From: Candidatus Omnitrophota bacterium
GTDB lineage: Bacteria; Omnitrophota; Gorgyraeia; Duberdicusellales; 4484-171
Direction: 5' to 3'
NCBI GenBank assembly: GCA_021735655.1
Contig: JAIPGM010000001.1
Location: forward strand, 64,001-128,000
DNA length: 64,000 nucleotides
Both the position numbers and the translations under genes were made by a program. The notes beneath the pieces were generated by a model. It worked only from the letters and a program-made list of their open reading frames with translations. It did not search any database and had not been told where the DNA came from. Below are positions 27,001 through 42,000 of the stretch, in pieces. The first letter of the stretch is position 1. Each line of letters starts with the position of its first letter.

Positions 27001-30000
27001 CAAATCGGATTAAACTTTCAGCACTTCTACCTGATGACTAACCCTACTGCTGAGCAGTTAAAGATACTAGAAGGGATAGTAACAAAGGCAAGAGCAAGGG
27101 GTGTTGAAACTATGGTTACCTATTGGGCTGGTCAGCATACTAAGAACATTTCTTTAGAAGCTGAAATTAAGCAGGCTTTAAATATTCCGGCCGAGAGAGA
27201 TTTGACTGAGTTTAACTTAAGGCCGGTTGAGGATTGGAATAAGCTTACTCAAGTTAAGCAAAATCAATTAAAGGCCCAATTGGGTATCGCTGCTACTGAA
27301 ACTGTAAATGAAATACAGATTCAAAATCTTTTAATGCTTGAAAGCTGGAGTCAAATACCAGCGGCTCGGCAAAAAGAGCTTAGAGCCCAGATTGGTATCA
27401 GCGAAGCGGCCAAGTTAAGTATAGACCAGATAGATACGCTTTTATTTATCAATCTTTGGCAAAGTTTGCCGGTAGCTAAGCAAGCAGAGTTTAGAGGACG
27501 CTTAGGCTTTGAGGCTACCGAGAAACTCACCGATATCATGCAGATTGAATCAGGTCTATTTACTCTTTATAATCCTACCGCTGAAAATAAAAAGTATATT
27601 GTCGATCAGGCAAAGATGGTTGCCGAATGGGCCAATCAAGTTGGCGTTTTTGTAAAGATTGCTAATGAAATTAACTACTATGATAAGAATGGTCCGGTTC
27701 TTGATCTTGCAAAGATAAATCCAAACCAAATGGTCAATTTGTTTCCTCATCAGTTATATAAATTTTTAAACGAGGAAATAGCAGTATTGTTTAATAAGGA
27801 TAAAGTTTTCTTAAGCTTAGGAAGGTTAGATGTTCCTGGTTTTGAAGATGAGCCATTCTTAAAAGATAATCTTTCAAATTTCAAAGGGTTGGCCTTAAAC
27901 CTTTATCCTAACTGGGATCCTCAATTTGGCGGCTCACGTGAAACCGATCAATTATTTAGTTCGATAAACTATAGCCGTGGAATCATTGGTAGCATGCAAG
28001 CAGCAGCAAGTTTAAGAGTTCCAGTAATAATTTCAGAGTGGGGCGAGTCTTCATATTTAGCCGGCATTGCTAAAGCTATAGGAATTGGTGAAGTTGGTCA
28101 GGCTCTTTTTGCCCGAACTTTTTATCAGGGAATTCTACCATTTGTTGCCGGAAATAGTGATCCTAAATATGCTGATCGAACTCAATTTCCGAAAGTTATA
28201 GTTGGTGCGATCGTCTATAGTGGTGCTTACGAACAAGGTTGGCAGGCCACCTTAGATCCAGCTGAGCCAGGGTTGTCATTTACCGAAGTTGTTGACGCTT
28301 CAGATCCTTTAACTGTAAGAGTAAAACCGTTTGCTTTTGAACTTGCAAAGATAAATGATCTTTTGCAACGCATGGTCCAAGGGTTGGCAGTTGAGCAGGT
28401 AGTGGTTCCTGAATTTACCGCTAAGCCAAAGGCTAAGGTTGACCGAAGCCACGAAATACCGGAAGCCGAAATAACCAGGCCACTTGATGCTGCGGCTGTC
28501 GTTGAAATTTCTCGTGAGTCTCAAGCAATCCAATATTCTAAAGACAATCCTAAAGAGCCAACAGTTGTTTTATTGACTAAAGGGGTTGCTCGTCTTGATC
28601 CAAAGGTCATAGCAAGTAGTCTTTCTGGCATTGGAAGAGTATTCTTTGGGGATGATCCGCAACTTATTAGAGATTTCGGTGCTGATAATCTTAAAGAAGG
28701 TTTGTTTGAGGCGAGAGTATTACTTGACGGAAAAGTTATTGCAAGGCTTATTACTGAATCGGGTTGGAAAATTAGCGATCAGAGCAGAGTAGTTAAAAAT
28801 GGCAAGCTAGTAAATGAAAAGACTGAAAGAGATGGAAGCTTTGTAATGCTTGAACAGGTTAAAACAGCTGAAGGTTTTGTAACTAATGGGTACTATATTT
28901 TTGATGCTGACAAATCTGAATATCTGCATTTAGAGAATTTAAATATACGTAATATTGATGAATGGCTAGCCATAAGAGGAAATTTCCCTCAGTATAACTT
29001 AGCTAGATCCGTTGGGGGAACTACTGATGTAGAGTTTGTTCGTGTTGAGATTGATTCTGCCAATAAAAATATAATTATTGATTACACGAGAATTAATAGC
29101 GGTAAACAGGTTCCTCTAACTTGGTCAACGGTAATTAGTCGTTTAACTGCCACTGCAGAAAGCACTGAAGCCGTCACCGCTACAGATATGAAACCGGCTG
29201 AGGATATGCTGGATAAGTTGTTACAATTAATACATGATGGCAAGTTTCATCGAATATCAAAACAACGGGGTAGTCGCGCAGCCCATAATCGTGAGTTACG
29301 AGCCAATTGGCTTGATTGGGATTTAAGAAGACATACTGGCATGAATTACTGGGAAGTTGGCTTACCTAATCCAATCCAGGGTTTTGCAATTATTACTAGA
29401 GCCGGATCACGCGGACAAGTAATATTCCTTTCCGATACTGCGACTGACGCTAATCTTCAAGCAAAAATACTTGGTAATTATGATTTAAGATTTACCCCTA
29501 GCGGAAGAGTTCAATTTAACTTGGAAGGTAAGTTAGTTGAGTTGCCTTCAGTATCGGATTTGAGATGGGCCTTACGGAATATTAATTTTTCAGGAGCAAG
29601 AATAGTTGGTGAAAGCCCTGAAAAAGGAATGGATATTTTAAGTGCCGAGATTCCTTGGTACGGTGATAATTTAACATTTTTGGGCGAGAAGTTAGTTTCT
29701 AAGGGTGAGGCAGTAACTATGGTAATGCTTCACGATCGTGATCGTGGTGAAGTATCGATTAAGATTTTAGTTGGCGTTACTCCGCCGGAAGGTGGCGAGG
29801 CCAAGCTCGACTGGAAAGAGAAATTCAATAATTTAGTTAAGCGTGACGGCGCAAGTTCGAAATATCTTTTTGGTGAGGTGCCTTTAGTTGAAATTAATTT
29901 TGAGCGAGTTGGGCCTAATACTTATCGGGTGATGGCTGAGGTTGATCCGGTATATCCCGGTTTAAGAAAAATAAAAGACGTTAAGGTTGAGACTGCTGAA

Positions 30001-33000
30001 GATATGGCCAAATTAGTTGAAGCTACTTTAACTAAGAAGGCTATAGAGGGAGTTGACACTGGCTTACGTATCGTTACCAAGGGTAAGTATTCTTTACTTA
30101 TTCGTCTTGATAAGAATACCGGAGACCCGATTGAGGGAGCAATTGAGAAATCAGCAAAAGGCTTAAAAGCAGCCTCGCGACTTTTCGGTAAAACTGAATC
30201 ACACAAGACCTTTACCTTTGAGGAAAAACTTGACCCGCGAACTGGTCGAAGCAGCGATGTGGCAAGACTAATAACTGATAAGACTGACGCAAACTGGTTT
30301 GGGCTTTATATCGTTGAAGATGTAACTCTTAGGCAAATTATTGCTGCTTTTACTGAAAATGGCACACTTTCCGGAATAAACGGCGTTGATAGTGGGTTAA
30401 GAGCCTTACAAAAAGAAGTAAATGTGATTGTAGTTGACGCTCAAGGGCGTCGCACAACCCAAGAAGTTACTCGTAGCTTATTCTTACGCTTTGATTTAGA
30501 AACTAAAAAGTTAATTGAAGGAATTGTTCAAACTGAGGATCCTAATACTGATAGATTGCGTCCGGATAGCCTTGAAAAACGTCAAAAGGGCCAGAGAATT
30601 ACTGATGATGATTATTACTGGTTTGTCCGCGATGTCAGAGAGCCAAAACCGTTTGATTTTGAAGGTGCTATACCGTTAGATTCTGGACGCATCATAATTG
30701 TTAATCGCGAGGATCCTAATGTTCCTGGGCTTTGGTATGTGGTTGATGCTGAGGCTGGCGATATAGTCTCAGCTTTCCGTCAGAATGGATCATTAAGAAA
30801 TATTAGAGGCCGGGAAACTGGTTTCCGAGCTTATCAGACTGAAGTTACCTTACGAGATGGTGATGGAAAAGCTATTTTAGATGACCAGGGCCAGGAAGTT
30901 AAAGTAACTCATACTTTACTTTTCAGGTTTGAGTTAGATGATCAAGGAAGAATTATGAAAGATTCTTTGGCTGAAGGTGTACTCCAGGCTGAGACTACTG
31001 AAGCTAAATTGCGTCAAGGGAAAGATGGCAAAGATGAAACTAATGATTATTACTGGTTTATTAATATGTCTAAAAGCCTTATATCGTTTAAGGTTACCAG
31101 CTATGATCAAGGTAAGTCAGTATTAATGATTTCTCTGCCGGAAACAGAAGCTGACAAAGATGGTTGGCGTCCAGTTAGAAGGTTAGAGGTTGATAATGCC
31201 AATCAGATTAAAGATTTAGCTGAAGCCTTAAAGAGAGCAGTTACTAATAATGATTATAGCGAGCTGGGTGAGAAAACTGACACACGGATTAAGATCGTTG
31301 AAGTGGGTAAAGACCGTCGTTACATTATAATGGATAGTAATGGAGAATATTCAATAGAGGTTCAGTCAAAAACCGAAAATGATGAAGAATATGTCTTTAG
31401 CGCTAAGGCCTTGGAATATGGTTATATTGATAAAGAGGGTAAATATTGGTTGTACCGCGGAAATTTAAAAACAGTTACAACCGAAGATGGCAATAATAAA
31501 CTGCTATCAATTCAGGTAGATGAGAAACTCAATCCAGTTATTGATCAGACCACCAAAAAACCTTTTACCCAAACCGTAACTGTAGTCGCGGCCAATAGCC
31601 AGGCAGTAGTTATCATATTTGGCGACAATGAGCTTAATGTTTTAGCTCGCAAAAATGGGGAGAGGATCGGTTACGGTCTTAAAGATAAGGAAGATGGGAG
31701 ATTGTATATCTTTACTGGTTATACTCGTAACGATGACGGAAGCTACTCTTTAAATAAATCGAGTGTTAAGTTACAAGATATTGTTACGATAACTGTTGGT
31801 TTTAAGCTTGTTTCTACGGCGATTGATGAAGAAATGAAACCGCTTATTGATCTAGACACCAAGACACCATACACTCAAATTGCTCCGATTATTGCTGCCA
31901 ATGATGATTGGGTAGTAATTTTAGTTAAAGATAATAAGCTTAATGTTTTAAATCGAGATGACGGGAAAACGATCGGTTATGGCCAGAAAAATCCTAAAGA
32001 TGGAAAACTGTATTTATATATGATTTATGAGATAAAAGACGATGGTAAATATTATTTGAAGAAATCACCGGTTGATTTAAAGGATACAAAAGTCGTAACT
32101 ATCGGCTATGAGCTTATTTCTACTGAGATTGATTCAGATATTAATATAGTAATTGATCAAGCTACTAAGAAACCGAGCACCCAATTTGCTCCGATTGTTG
32201 CTGCTAATGATAAAGAAGTAGCAATCCTGGTTAACGGTGATGAACTAGTCGTTTTAGACCGAAAGAAAGGTAAAGAAACTGCCTACGGCTATGTTAAAGA
32301 TAAAAAATTCTACCTTTATGCATCAATTGATGTGCTTAAGGCAATCGAAGCCGGTCGATTTTTAGAGACCAAACAAGTTGATCAGAACCTTAAACCGGTT
32401 AAAGATCCGGCCACCGGAGAAGAGATAGTTGAAAAAGTACCAGTAGTTGCTGCAGATAAAACAATTGCCGTTATCTTAATTGAGAAAGAAGCCCCGGGCA
32501 TTGAGAATTCACACACACTTAATGCTTTAAGCAAGGCTACTGGTAGAAAAGCACGCTACGGCTATAAAGACTTAGCCGATGATAGTCTTTATTTATTTGA
32601 TTTAGTTGAAAAGATCAAGGTTGTTCAAGCTGGTCAAAGCTTAACTACTATTAAAATTGATGAAAAAGTCAATACGCTTAGTACTGAAACATTACCAGTA
32701 GTTGCCTCTAATGATGCGGAAGTCGTCATTCTGATCGACAAAGAAGCGCCGGGTTATCCAAATACTAAAACTCTTAATCTTATAAATAGAGAAACCGGTT
32801 TAGTCACTCGCTACGGCTATAAAGAGTTAGATGATAATAGTCTTTGGTTGTTTGATTCAATTGAAGCACTTAAAGCTGTCCAGGCCGATCAAAGCTTAAC
32901 TACCACTAAGATTGACAAAAAGATAGGCACGCTTGAAACTAAAGAAGTACCAGTAGTTGCTGCTAATGATAAGGTGGCGGTAATCTTAATTGATCGACCA

Positions 33001-36000
33001 GCTCCTGACTATGAAAATTCAAAAACTCTTAATGTTATAAGCAAGGATAATGGTAGAAAAGTACGCTACGGTTATAAAGATTTGAGTGATGATAGCCTTT
33101 ATCTATTTGATTTGATTGAAACATTCCAAGCTCTTCGAGGACCAGGAACTTTAACTACTACCAAGATTGATAAAAAGGTAGGCACACTTGATACTGAAAC
33201 AATAACTGTAGTTGCTTCTAATGGTTCAGAGGTAGTAATTAATCCAATTGGCGATAAGCTTGTTTCATTAGACAAATCTTCAGGCCGAAAAATCTATTGG
33301 GGTCATCAAAATAGATTTGGAATGTTTTTATTCTCAATGCAAGATTTAACTTTAGTTAACGTTGGCGATCCTTTAACTGGAAGAAAGATTGATCAAAATG
33401 TAAATAGCACACCGGTAAGTGCAAAAGTAGTGGCTACTGACCATTCTAACCGAATAGTTATTTTAGTAAACGGAAATGAGCTTAATACCTTAGATGCTCT
33501 CGGTGAGGTTAGAAGTGATGGTTATGGAGAGATGGATAAAAACGGCGATTTATTTTTATATGGCACAGAGTTATTGAATGCAAGGCCAGGCCAGATTATC
33601 CCAATCTATCCGATTGATCCAGATACTGTTGAGGCCGATAAAGCTAGAGGGGCCAAGGTAATACTTAAGATTAGAGGGGTAGTTGGGGTGGATGGTGTTA
33701 CTACCAAAGCCGTTTGGTTTGAAGTTTATGAGGCTAAGAATTATGATGCTACTACCAAAACATTTACCGGCCAACCAGAATCAAGTGAAATCCATTTAAT
33801 TGAAGCTGGCTCTAAGCCGAAAAAACTATATCTAAAAGACGATAAAATAACCCTAGAAGACCTTTGGTCAGTAGATCGGGCTGATTTTGGCAATCGCCAT
33901 ATTGCTACTGTGGCTGTTGATAAAGATAATTTTGGTGAAGTTGCCAAGGCGATTTTAACTGGCAAAATTGATACCTTAGAAAAATCAGGCGTAACTATTA
34001 TGGTCCGTGAAAGAAGCGATAGCGCTATCTGGTTTGACGTATTTAATGAAACCGGAAAGCGCCTTAGCAGCGAAATCCATATAAATGGCGACAGTCAAAC
34101 TTATATTGTTACCGGTAAAGACTCAAGCGCATTAATGTTGCTTGATGCAGAGGAAAATGCCGACAAAGATGGTTTTCGTAAAGTTTTTAAAATTAACTTA
34201 AGCTCTCCTGAGTCGTTAGAAAAAGTTGCTAAGGCTTTACGTGATCCGGAGAGTAAAGCTTTACTCGGAGAGGTAACTGGTACAATTGGAAAGGTATTTC
34301 ATGACAATGAGCATATAATTTTGTTTGCTTTTGACAGCGAAGGAAAGCTATCTCGAGGTTTACTCGAAGAGGTCGGTCCTACGGCAACTGATCAGCCGCT
34401 ACCGTTTAGAGTAAGAGATGGAACCATCAGAGTTCTTTGGGGAGAGGATGCTTCACAAACTGTAATCGTTGATGGATCGGAAATGCATTATTTAAAAGAA
34501 CGAGCAGTTGACGCTAAGGCTTTTGAGGCAAAGATAAGAGAAGCCACCACCTTTAAAGAAGTAAAAGATTTTCTTGATAATACTCCCGATACTGGTTTAG
34601 TCGCTTTAATCGTCAGCCAAGATATTATTTTTAAGGGAACCCCGGCAGTATTGAACCGGATATATATTCCCGGGTTATTACCTTTATACGAAGTAATTTC
34701 CAATACCGAAACTTCTAAAGTTTCTGAGTTTGAAGGTAAAGTTGAGGCTCGTTTTTATCCCTACACTCAGGAAAGAAAACTATTAGATCCTAGCCGAAAA
34801 GACCTTTTAACTGTTTCAGGGATGATGACCGTTGACGAAGGTCAAACCTTTAAAGATTTGCCAGTTGGATTACAGCAGACTCTTACTGATAAATATGGAC
34901 CAATTGCTCCGGATGCAGCGATAGTCCATCGTCACTTCTATAAGCAAGACGGTAATAAATACGATGAAGTACGTCAGCCCGGCGGTAGGGCTGATTCTTG
35001 GTTGCAAGGCTATGTTATCGAAGTTGACCATGCTATCGTTGTTGGTGGAAAAGAGTTACGCCAGGTAAATGGTAAGGATCTTAAATATACCATTGAGGTT
35101 GATAGAAAAGGTAATTTTGAAATCGCCCGCGTACATATTGATCATGTTGAATTGGCAACTATTGTTAAGGATCCAGAAAGCGGTAATATAGCTGCTATTT
35201 TTAAACCGGAAACCGGTCTTGTCCCCGATGAGGCCATACTTAGGATTGCTCAATATATTGACATAAATGGTATTGATTCATTTAATGTATCGGATAGTGA
35301 AAAGCAGAAAATAATTGTTGTTGCTAACGATATTTTAGAAAGAGATCTAAGGGCAGTGCCGATTACCGATGGCGAAAGAGAGCTAGTATCTCAGTTGATT
35401 TCGCGAATAAGTTTTCAGGCTGATTTTGTGGCTAAAAAATACTATAAGCTTGGTCAATTGCATAAAATTGTACTTGCGGAAAAACCACGAACAATTAGCG
35501 ATATCATTGGTTCTGTTGGTAATGATCCGATAGCCCGCGCTAAGATTGATAATAGACTTAAGGTGATTAGCCAAGGTTTAGGCCGACAGATGCCACGCGG
35601 CGGAGTAGCAGCGTTGACTATTACCCCTAGTTTGGTTTTACAGCTCAATGGGAATATTATGCGTGAGTATCGTTTTAAAGAAGATCGTTTAGCCAGGCTA
35701 ATTGCTTTTGAACAAGGTCAGGAATTGGCAGTTAATGTAGCGTTTAATAACCGAGGTGATCCAGTTCAAACCTTTAAGCTTTCAAAAAGCGAGCATTCAG
35801 ACCGTCAGGTTGGCTCACAAGTAATTGCTTGGGGCCAAACTCCGATGGCCGAGCGTGATGGTGAAATTTCTGATGAAGCTGATAGCTCTGAAGCTAAAGT
35901 TATCTTTGAACAGGATATTCCGGAGACTGCTCGGGCATTTCAGGAATTTGCCGCTAGCTTGAAAGAGAAACATGGGGTAACGGTTACCGGAGATCTCTGG

Positions 36001-39000
36001 GAAGCGATGGGTAAAATGGGAATTGTTCCGTCAACCATGATTACTCGCAGCGTACTTTATGAATATCCGCATAGTGGTAATATTGGTTCAACCAGCTTTA
36101 CTTCACCGCTTATTGAAAATAACGGTAGGGTTGAGATTGATCCGCAATATCGTGATTCAACTAAACAGATTGAGATGCTTTTTGTGCCTAATGATCCGCA
36201 AGGCCGGACATTGGCAACTAGATTTATTACCGAAGAAGGGTATAACTGGGTTATTAATATGTGGGGGCTTAAGGGCACCGATGCCCCGTTAGGAGTTTTG
36301 CCGGCCAGCATAACTATTAAATATGAAAATGGTAAATATAGCGGTTATGAGTTTAGCCGCTTCAAGCAATCAATTAGCGGCGAAGAATTAAATGCTGAAT
36401 CAGGTTTGAATTTATATAGTGGCCTGCAGGCTTACGAATATGAAGTATTTAATTCCGCTGTTGTACGTAATGTAATTTATTCTTCACAGGCTCAACTTTT
36501 AGGCGAGCGTTATGCTTTTGTAACTGGCAGGCCGGCTAAGGAGATTTTAGGAACCTCAACTTTAAACAAACCAGCGGTTGAGACTTTGTTTTTTAATCCC
36601 AACTCATCTTTACGCAGCCCGGTCAGATCAGTGTTAACAGTTGAACAAGAGCTAGCTAATAAAATTATAATTCCTGAGATGATCGATGATCAACATTGGA
36701 TTACTCCGCCTGGCGAAACAGTGTTGATTCAAACCGATAAAGGCATTAAGCCGGCGGTTAGGGTTGTGGTTAAAGATCAATATAGCGTACGCTACGAAAT
36801 AGAAGAAGGTAAACAGATTACCTATATTGTTGCTTTAGAGAGTGAAGGTTCAGCAATCCATACTAGATTTTGGCAAGAGTCAAAATTCATCGGTGACAAA
36901 GCAATAACTAAATATCGCGTAAACATAACTGATGAGTGGAAGGCTGATTTAAAAGCTAGTGCAAAATATATAGCTTTTATGCCGCTTGTGCTTGCGGCAA
37001 TTGTGCTTTTAGGTTTTATTTTATCTAAGGTCGGCTTTACTCTAAGAAGGGCCTTGCAGCTTTTAGGATTAATCTTTGATGTCGTCATTAGACCGATACT
37101 TTTAATTCCTCATCTTTATAAAATATGGAAATACGGAAGCAGCAGTACCGGAGATTTCTTTAGACGTTGGCTTTGGCCGTTTGGCTTAAAGGAGTCTAAT
37201 CCTTATGTTCATGCTTATAAGGTTTGGCTAGCTATTAGCGGAAAAACCGACGAGAAATTTACTGAAGGCATTAACAACCCCGACACTACTGATACCACTG
37301 AAGCCGAGATTACTAAATTGTTTGAGGAGATGTATGAGTTCTCAGTTAAACTTAAAGACGCCCCTGATTTTGTATTGTATCTTGTTTGGAGAAAGAGGAT
37401 GGGGGCAACTGAAGCTGAAATGGAGGAGCATAAAGACATCTGGTTTGATATTATTGTAGCCAACCAGAACTTTACAAAAAAAAGCAAGGGTACAGTTACC
37501 ATGCAGCATCGTTTTCATTATGACGATCTTGGTAATTTGTTCAGAACCCGTAAGTTCATTGATCGTTATGAACAATACAGAGAAAGTGGAAATCTTGACC
37601 CTTACCGAAAGTATGTTGATTTATTAAACAGCGATCTTGGCGCTATCAACTTATCGCGCCGTCAGCTACTTGAAATAATCCACTATAGTGGCAGTTTAAT
37701 TAATTCATTAAAGTATAGGGGTCGACATTCTGAGTTTGGATTACCTAGCGAAGCAATACTTTGGAAAACATTTCGCACCCTTGACGGTGGACCTTCAGGA
37801 TTATTTGGTTGGTTGGGCATTGCTCGAATACTTTTCAGACAAGGCTCGATATTTGCTATAAGTTTCTTTGTATTCTTAGCTAAATACTTACCGTTAGCAA
37901 AAATTGTAGCCTTCCTTTTTAGTAATCCTTGGATTATCTTAGCTTTAATTGCTATTGCCCTTAGCTTAGGAATATATACTTATTTAAGAAGAAATTACGA
38001 CAAGGTAAGTCATATGGGTCCGGCCTCAAGAGCATTAGCTTATCCTTTTGTTTTAGTTGCTTCAATTGTTAGAAGCGTGTTGAATGCCTATACTTTAAGC
38101 ATAGCTGCCATATTTGCCGGTGGAGTATTAATGAATGATGCGGCAGCTTTCAGTGGTGTAACTGGGTTAGCTTCTTTTTCTGAGGCAGCTTTAGGTAGTT
38201 TAAAAGCAGTTTCCTTAAGTGATCCTTATGTATTAAGCTTTATATTGATGCTAGTTGCTTTGTTTGGGATATTTGGCTTTTTGGATAATATGATTTCAGT
38301 TAAATATAACCCAACCAAGAAAGAGTTCGGCTATGCACCTTTGAGAGACGCAAAGTGGTTTAGTGAAATTGTTTTTTCTGGTGGAATGATGTTGCTTACC
38401 TTTGGTATAAAATTTGTCCTAAACTACTTTACTTTTAAATTTGTAATGGTTCCAACTAGCAGTTATTTGGCGAGCTCTTATGCTCCGCCAGCTTGGGCTT
38501 TTAAAACATATTTGGCTATAATGGCTATTGTAATTGTTATTGTAATTACTGTAAAACTTGTTGCTTATATTAGAAAGCTTAATGCAGTTAGAAAGTCAGA
38601 TACGGGTAAAGTTATGGCAACAGTATGGAGTGATATCAAATCTTTAAAACTTGTTGCTTATGTTAGAAAGCTTAATGCAGTTAGAAAGTCGGATACGGGT
38701 TCAGTTATGGCAACAGTATGGAGTGATATCAGATCTTTAGGAAGAGGCGACATTGGCGATTGGATAGGATTTGCCTTTAAGTGGTTTAGTTTAATTGGCT
38801 TGCCTTTGTTGCTTTATTTCTATGGGCAAGTATTTTTAGTAATTGTCCTTTGGCTTCCTTTTGCTGCTTTTTATATACTGGATACTTTCTTTGTTTTCTA
38901 TATTTTAGAGGGTATAGCCGGATACTTGCGTGGCAGCTACCTTGGTTTAAACCGAATAAGGAATTGGCCGCAATTAGTGGCTAATTTTCCTCATTTAAAA

Positions 39001-42000
39001 CAGGCCATTAGGGCTAATTATGCTCATCGGGGAATTCGCAAGGCTGATGGGTCACGCCTAACTAAAGAAGAAAGAGACTCAATAGTTGAGGAGATTTGGA
39101 ATGGAATAATAGAGCATGTTTTTAAGGAGGATAGACTTTTCGAGGAAGAAAGGGATCGATATTCTTACACGGCTGATGGTGGTCCCAATCTCATAAAAGC
39201 ACCGGAAGAGGATGAGGCTTTCGATCGAATTATCTTTTTTGCAACTTCCATGTTCATGCATACACCGCGTATGCCCAAGACCTGGGCAGACTTACGTTCC
39301 CATGCTGTTGTTGATCCGGCTAATGATGAAGATGTCTTTTATAATTTTGAAGGGACAATTACTAGTTTAAATGAAGAAGCAAGGGTAGATCCTGACGATG
39401 ATTCTCTTCCCGGTGTACAGAAAACATTCTTGTGTTATGAGATTTATCTTTATTCTAACCAGTGGTTAAATTTTAAACGCCGAATGCAGGCCTCAGGAAA
39501 ATTCAGGAATACTGAAATTCAGGAGTTACAGAACATATACGATGCAGTTGTTAACGGAGACCTTACTTATAAATTAAAGTTAAAGGATGGAAGAAAGAGG
39601 CTAAGTAAAGCTTTGCAGGACGAAGTTCGTCTTTGGGCCTCTTATAGGTTCCAGCCGCTTATTCGAACTGTTCGGGGAATTGAATATCGTCGAGATGCTT
39701 TAAAGTTGATTGCTAATAGTGTTTATTTCAGGGGGCTTGGCTATACTGATGAGCAAATCAGAGAGGAAGTTAATAAGAAGTTTCGGTTTGTGCTTGGATA
39801 CCAAAGCTATGCTCGACAACAAGCGGATATGGTAAATCCAGAGAAGAAACTTTCAGAACGAATTGCAGCTAGATCTCGCGTAGAAGGCGTCAAAAAAATA
39901 ATGGAACTTTTCCCTGATATATTCGTTGCTAACTTAACTAAAGACGGAATATCAATTTGCATGCAAGGCGGCGAAGAAATAGGCAGCAAAAATGAGAAGG
40001 ATTTCTTTTGGTTAGGTCCTGAAGTTACTCAAGGTAAACCTGAACATCAAAAAGTTCTTTCAATCTGGGTTGATCACGACGGCGGTAATTATGATCATGT
40101 TGATACAGTGGATATGAACCAGGATGATTACTTTGAAGAAGCTTTAAAGCATCCGTTAGTCTTACAGGAGCATAGCCCTGATGTTGCTATTGTTGGTATT
40201 CCTGAGCATATTTTTACTGCTAGCTTTGGTAATGAGGGGAAACTGCTTGCCTTCTCTGATAGCACCTTTGCGAACATGGTTCAGAGGGTAATTGCTATGG
40301 GCGGTACACGTATGCATTATGGTCACCCGGATAGTTTCCGTAAACGATTTGCTAAACGTATGGGCTGGACAGCTTCTTCAAGCAAATTGAACGAAGATAT
40401 CTTTGCTGGATATCGGGCAATACGCTACGGTAAACGAATTAAGTTTATTGAATATCGCCGAGTCGGTAAGGCCCGTGAGGTTAAATTCGCGACTTCAGTA
40501 ATTTTATTTCAGAAATTCGGACGTGGTTCTGGTGAACAAGCTCATGATTTTATGTTATATGAACTTTATGAATGTCAGAACTTTGGTTTCACCAAAGGAA
40601 TGTTTTTCTTGATCAGCTCAATTGGTTTTTATATCAGGAAGCCGGCTGTTGTCTTAGCTGTCCAGGGTTACATCTTTACCTTAATCTTTATGGGTTTAAG
40701 TGGTTTTGTTTCTTTTCCTTTAGAAGCTTTTCTTGGAGTCTTGGGTGTTTTAGCTTCTCAGGGTATTGTGGCTACCGGTTGGTTTGAATTGATATTGCGC
40801 AAGGGCGTAATCCGAGGAACTTCTGATTTAATCGCGATGATGGCTACTGGAAATGTTCCTTTTTATATGGCTCATGTTTATACCAATGCTTTTGGGTTTT
40901 CTGAAGCTCAGGCCGGTATTGCTGGATACTTAGGAAGTGGTCGTGGACCGATGTTACATCATACTCCGATTTTCTATCCTAATTTTAAGTTAAGCTTATA
41001 TGGATTTTTAGAAGGAAAACAGCTTTCGAAAATGATGATTGTTAATATGGTATTTATTATAGCCGGTATAGTTATCTGGCAGAGTCCGCCGATTCTTTGG
41101 TCAGCCTTATTTATCTTGCTTCCTTTTGCGGCTTACTTTTATCCTAATATGTCTAACCCGGGAGCATTACCGATAGGCGTTACTGTCGGTAGATGGCTTG
41201 AGATATATAAATCTGATCTTTCTTTATGGCGCAAAACCATAGCTTCTGATAATCCTCTTTGGGAAGGTAAGAAATTAGACGTAGTGCTTCACGGAGCAAT
41301 ATTATTTCCTGTATTATTAATAGTCGGTGGTTTTATAGCTCTCTTTATTAAGTTACCGGTTACCGTAGGCCGTTGGTTAAATTCTCAATTTTCTGACCGA
41401 GGCCATGTAATCTCGACCTGGGCTATTAATTTGATTGGTGCGGTGTTTGGTGTGGTTTACTTAGCCAATATGTTGGTTGATAAATTACCTCAATTGGGCA
41501 ACATCATTGAAGCTTCACCGATGGCTGCGGCAATAGTTGCGGCTATAGTTATTGCTCGAGTCCTTCTTTACATTGGAAGTTACTTTTATAATTTGATCGC
41601 TGCCCGTTCTCATCAGGGAGTAAGTGAGGCAGTAGCGGCTTTAACTTTAGCTGGAATTATTCTTGCTGGGTTGAAGTGGGGTTTAGCGCTTAAGGCTTTA
41701 GTAGTTGGCTGGTTTAGCTGGTTACCAGCTTTGTTAGCTAGTCCGATTGGCCCTTGGGTTGCTGCAGTCTTATTGGTCCTTGCAGTCGCAGCAATTGTAA
41801 TTATTGCTTTACCGAGACGTATGCAAACTCATCCTACAGTACCGGCTTGGTTTGTTATTATGGGTGGTTTAGGTTTGCTACTAACAACATTAGGGGTACC
41901 AATAGTGATAAATACCCTTACTATATTTGCTGCGATTGCAGTGGGTTCGTTTGTTAATGGAATAGTTGCTCAGGATTTACCAAGAAAGGCTAAAGAGAAG

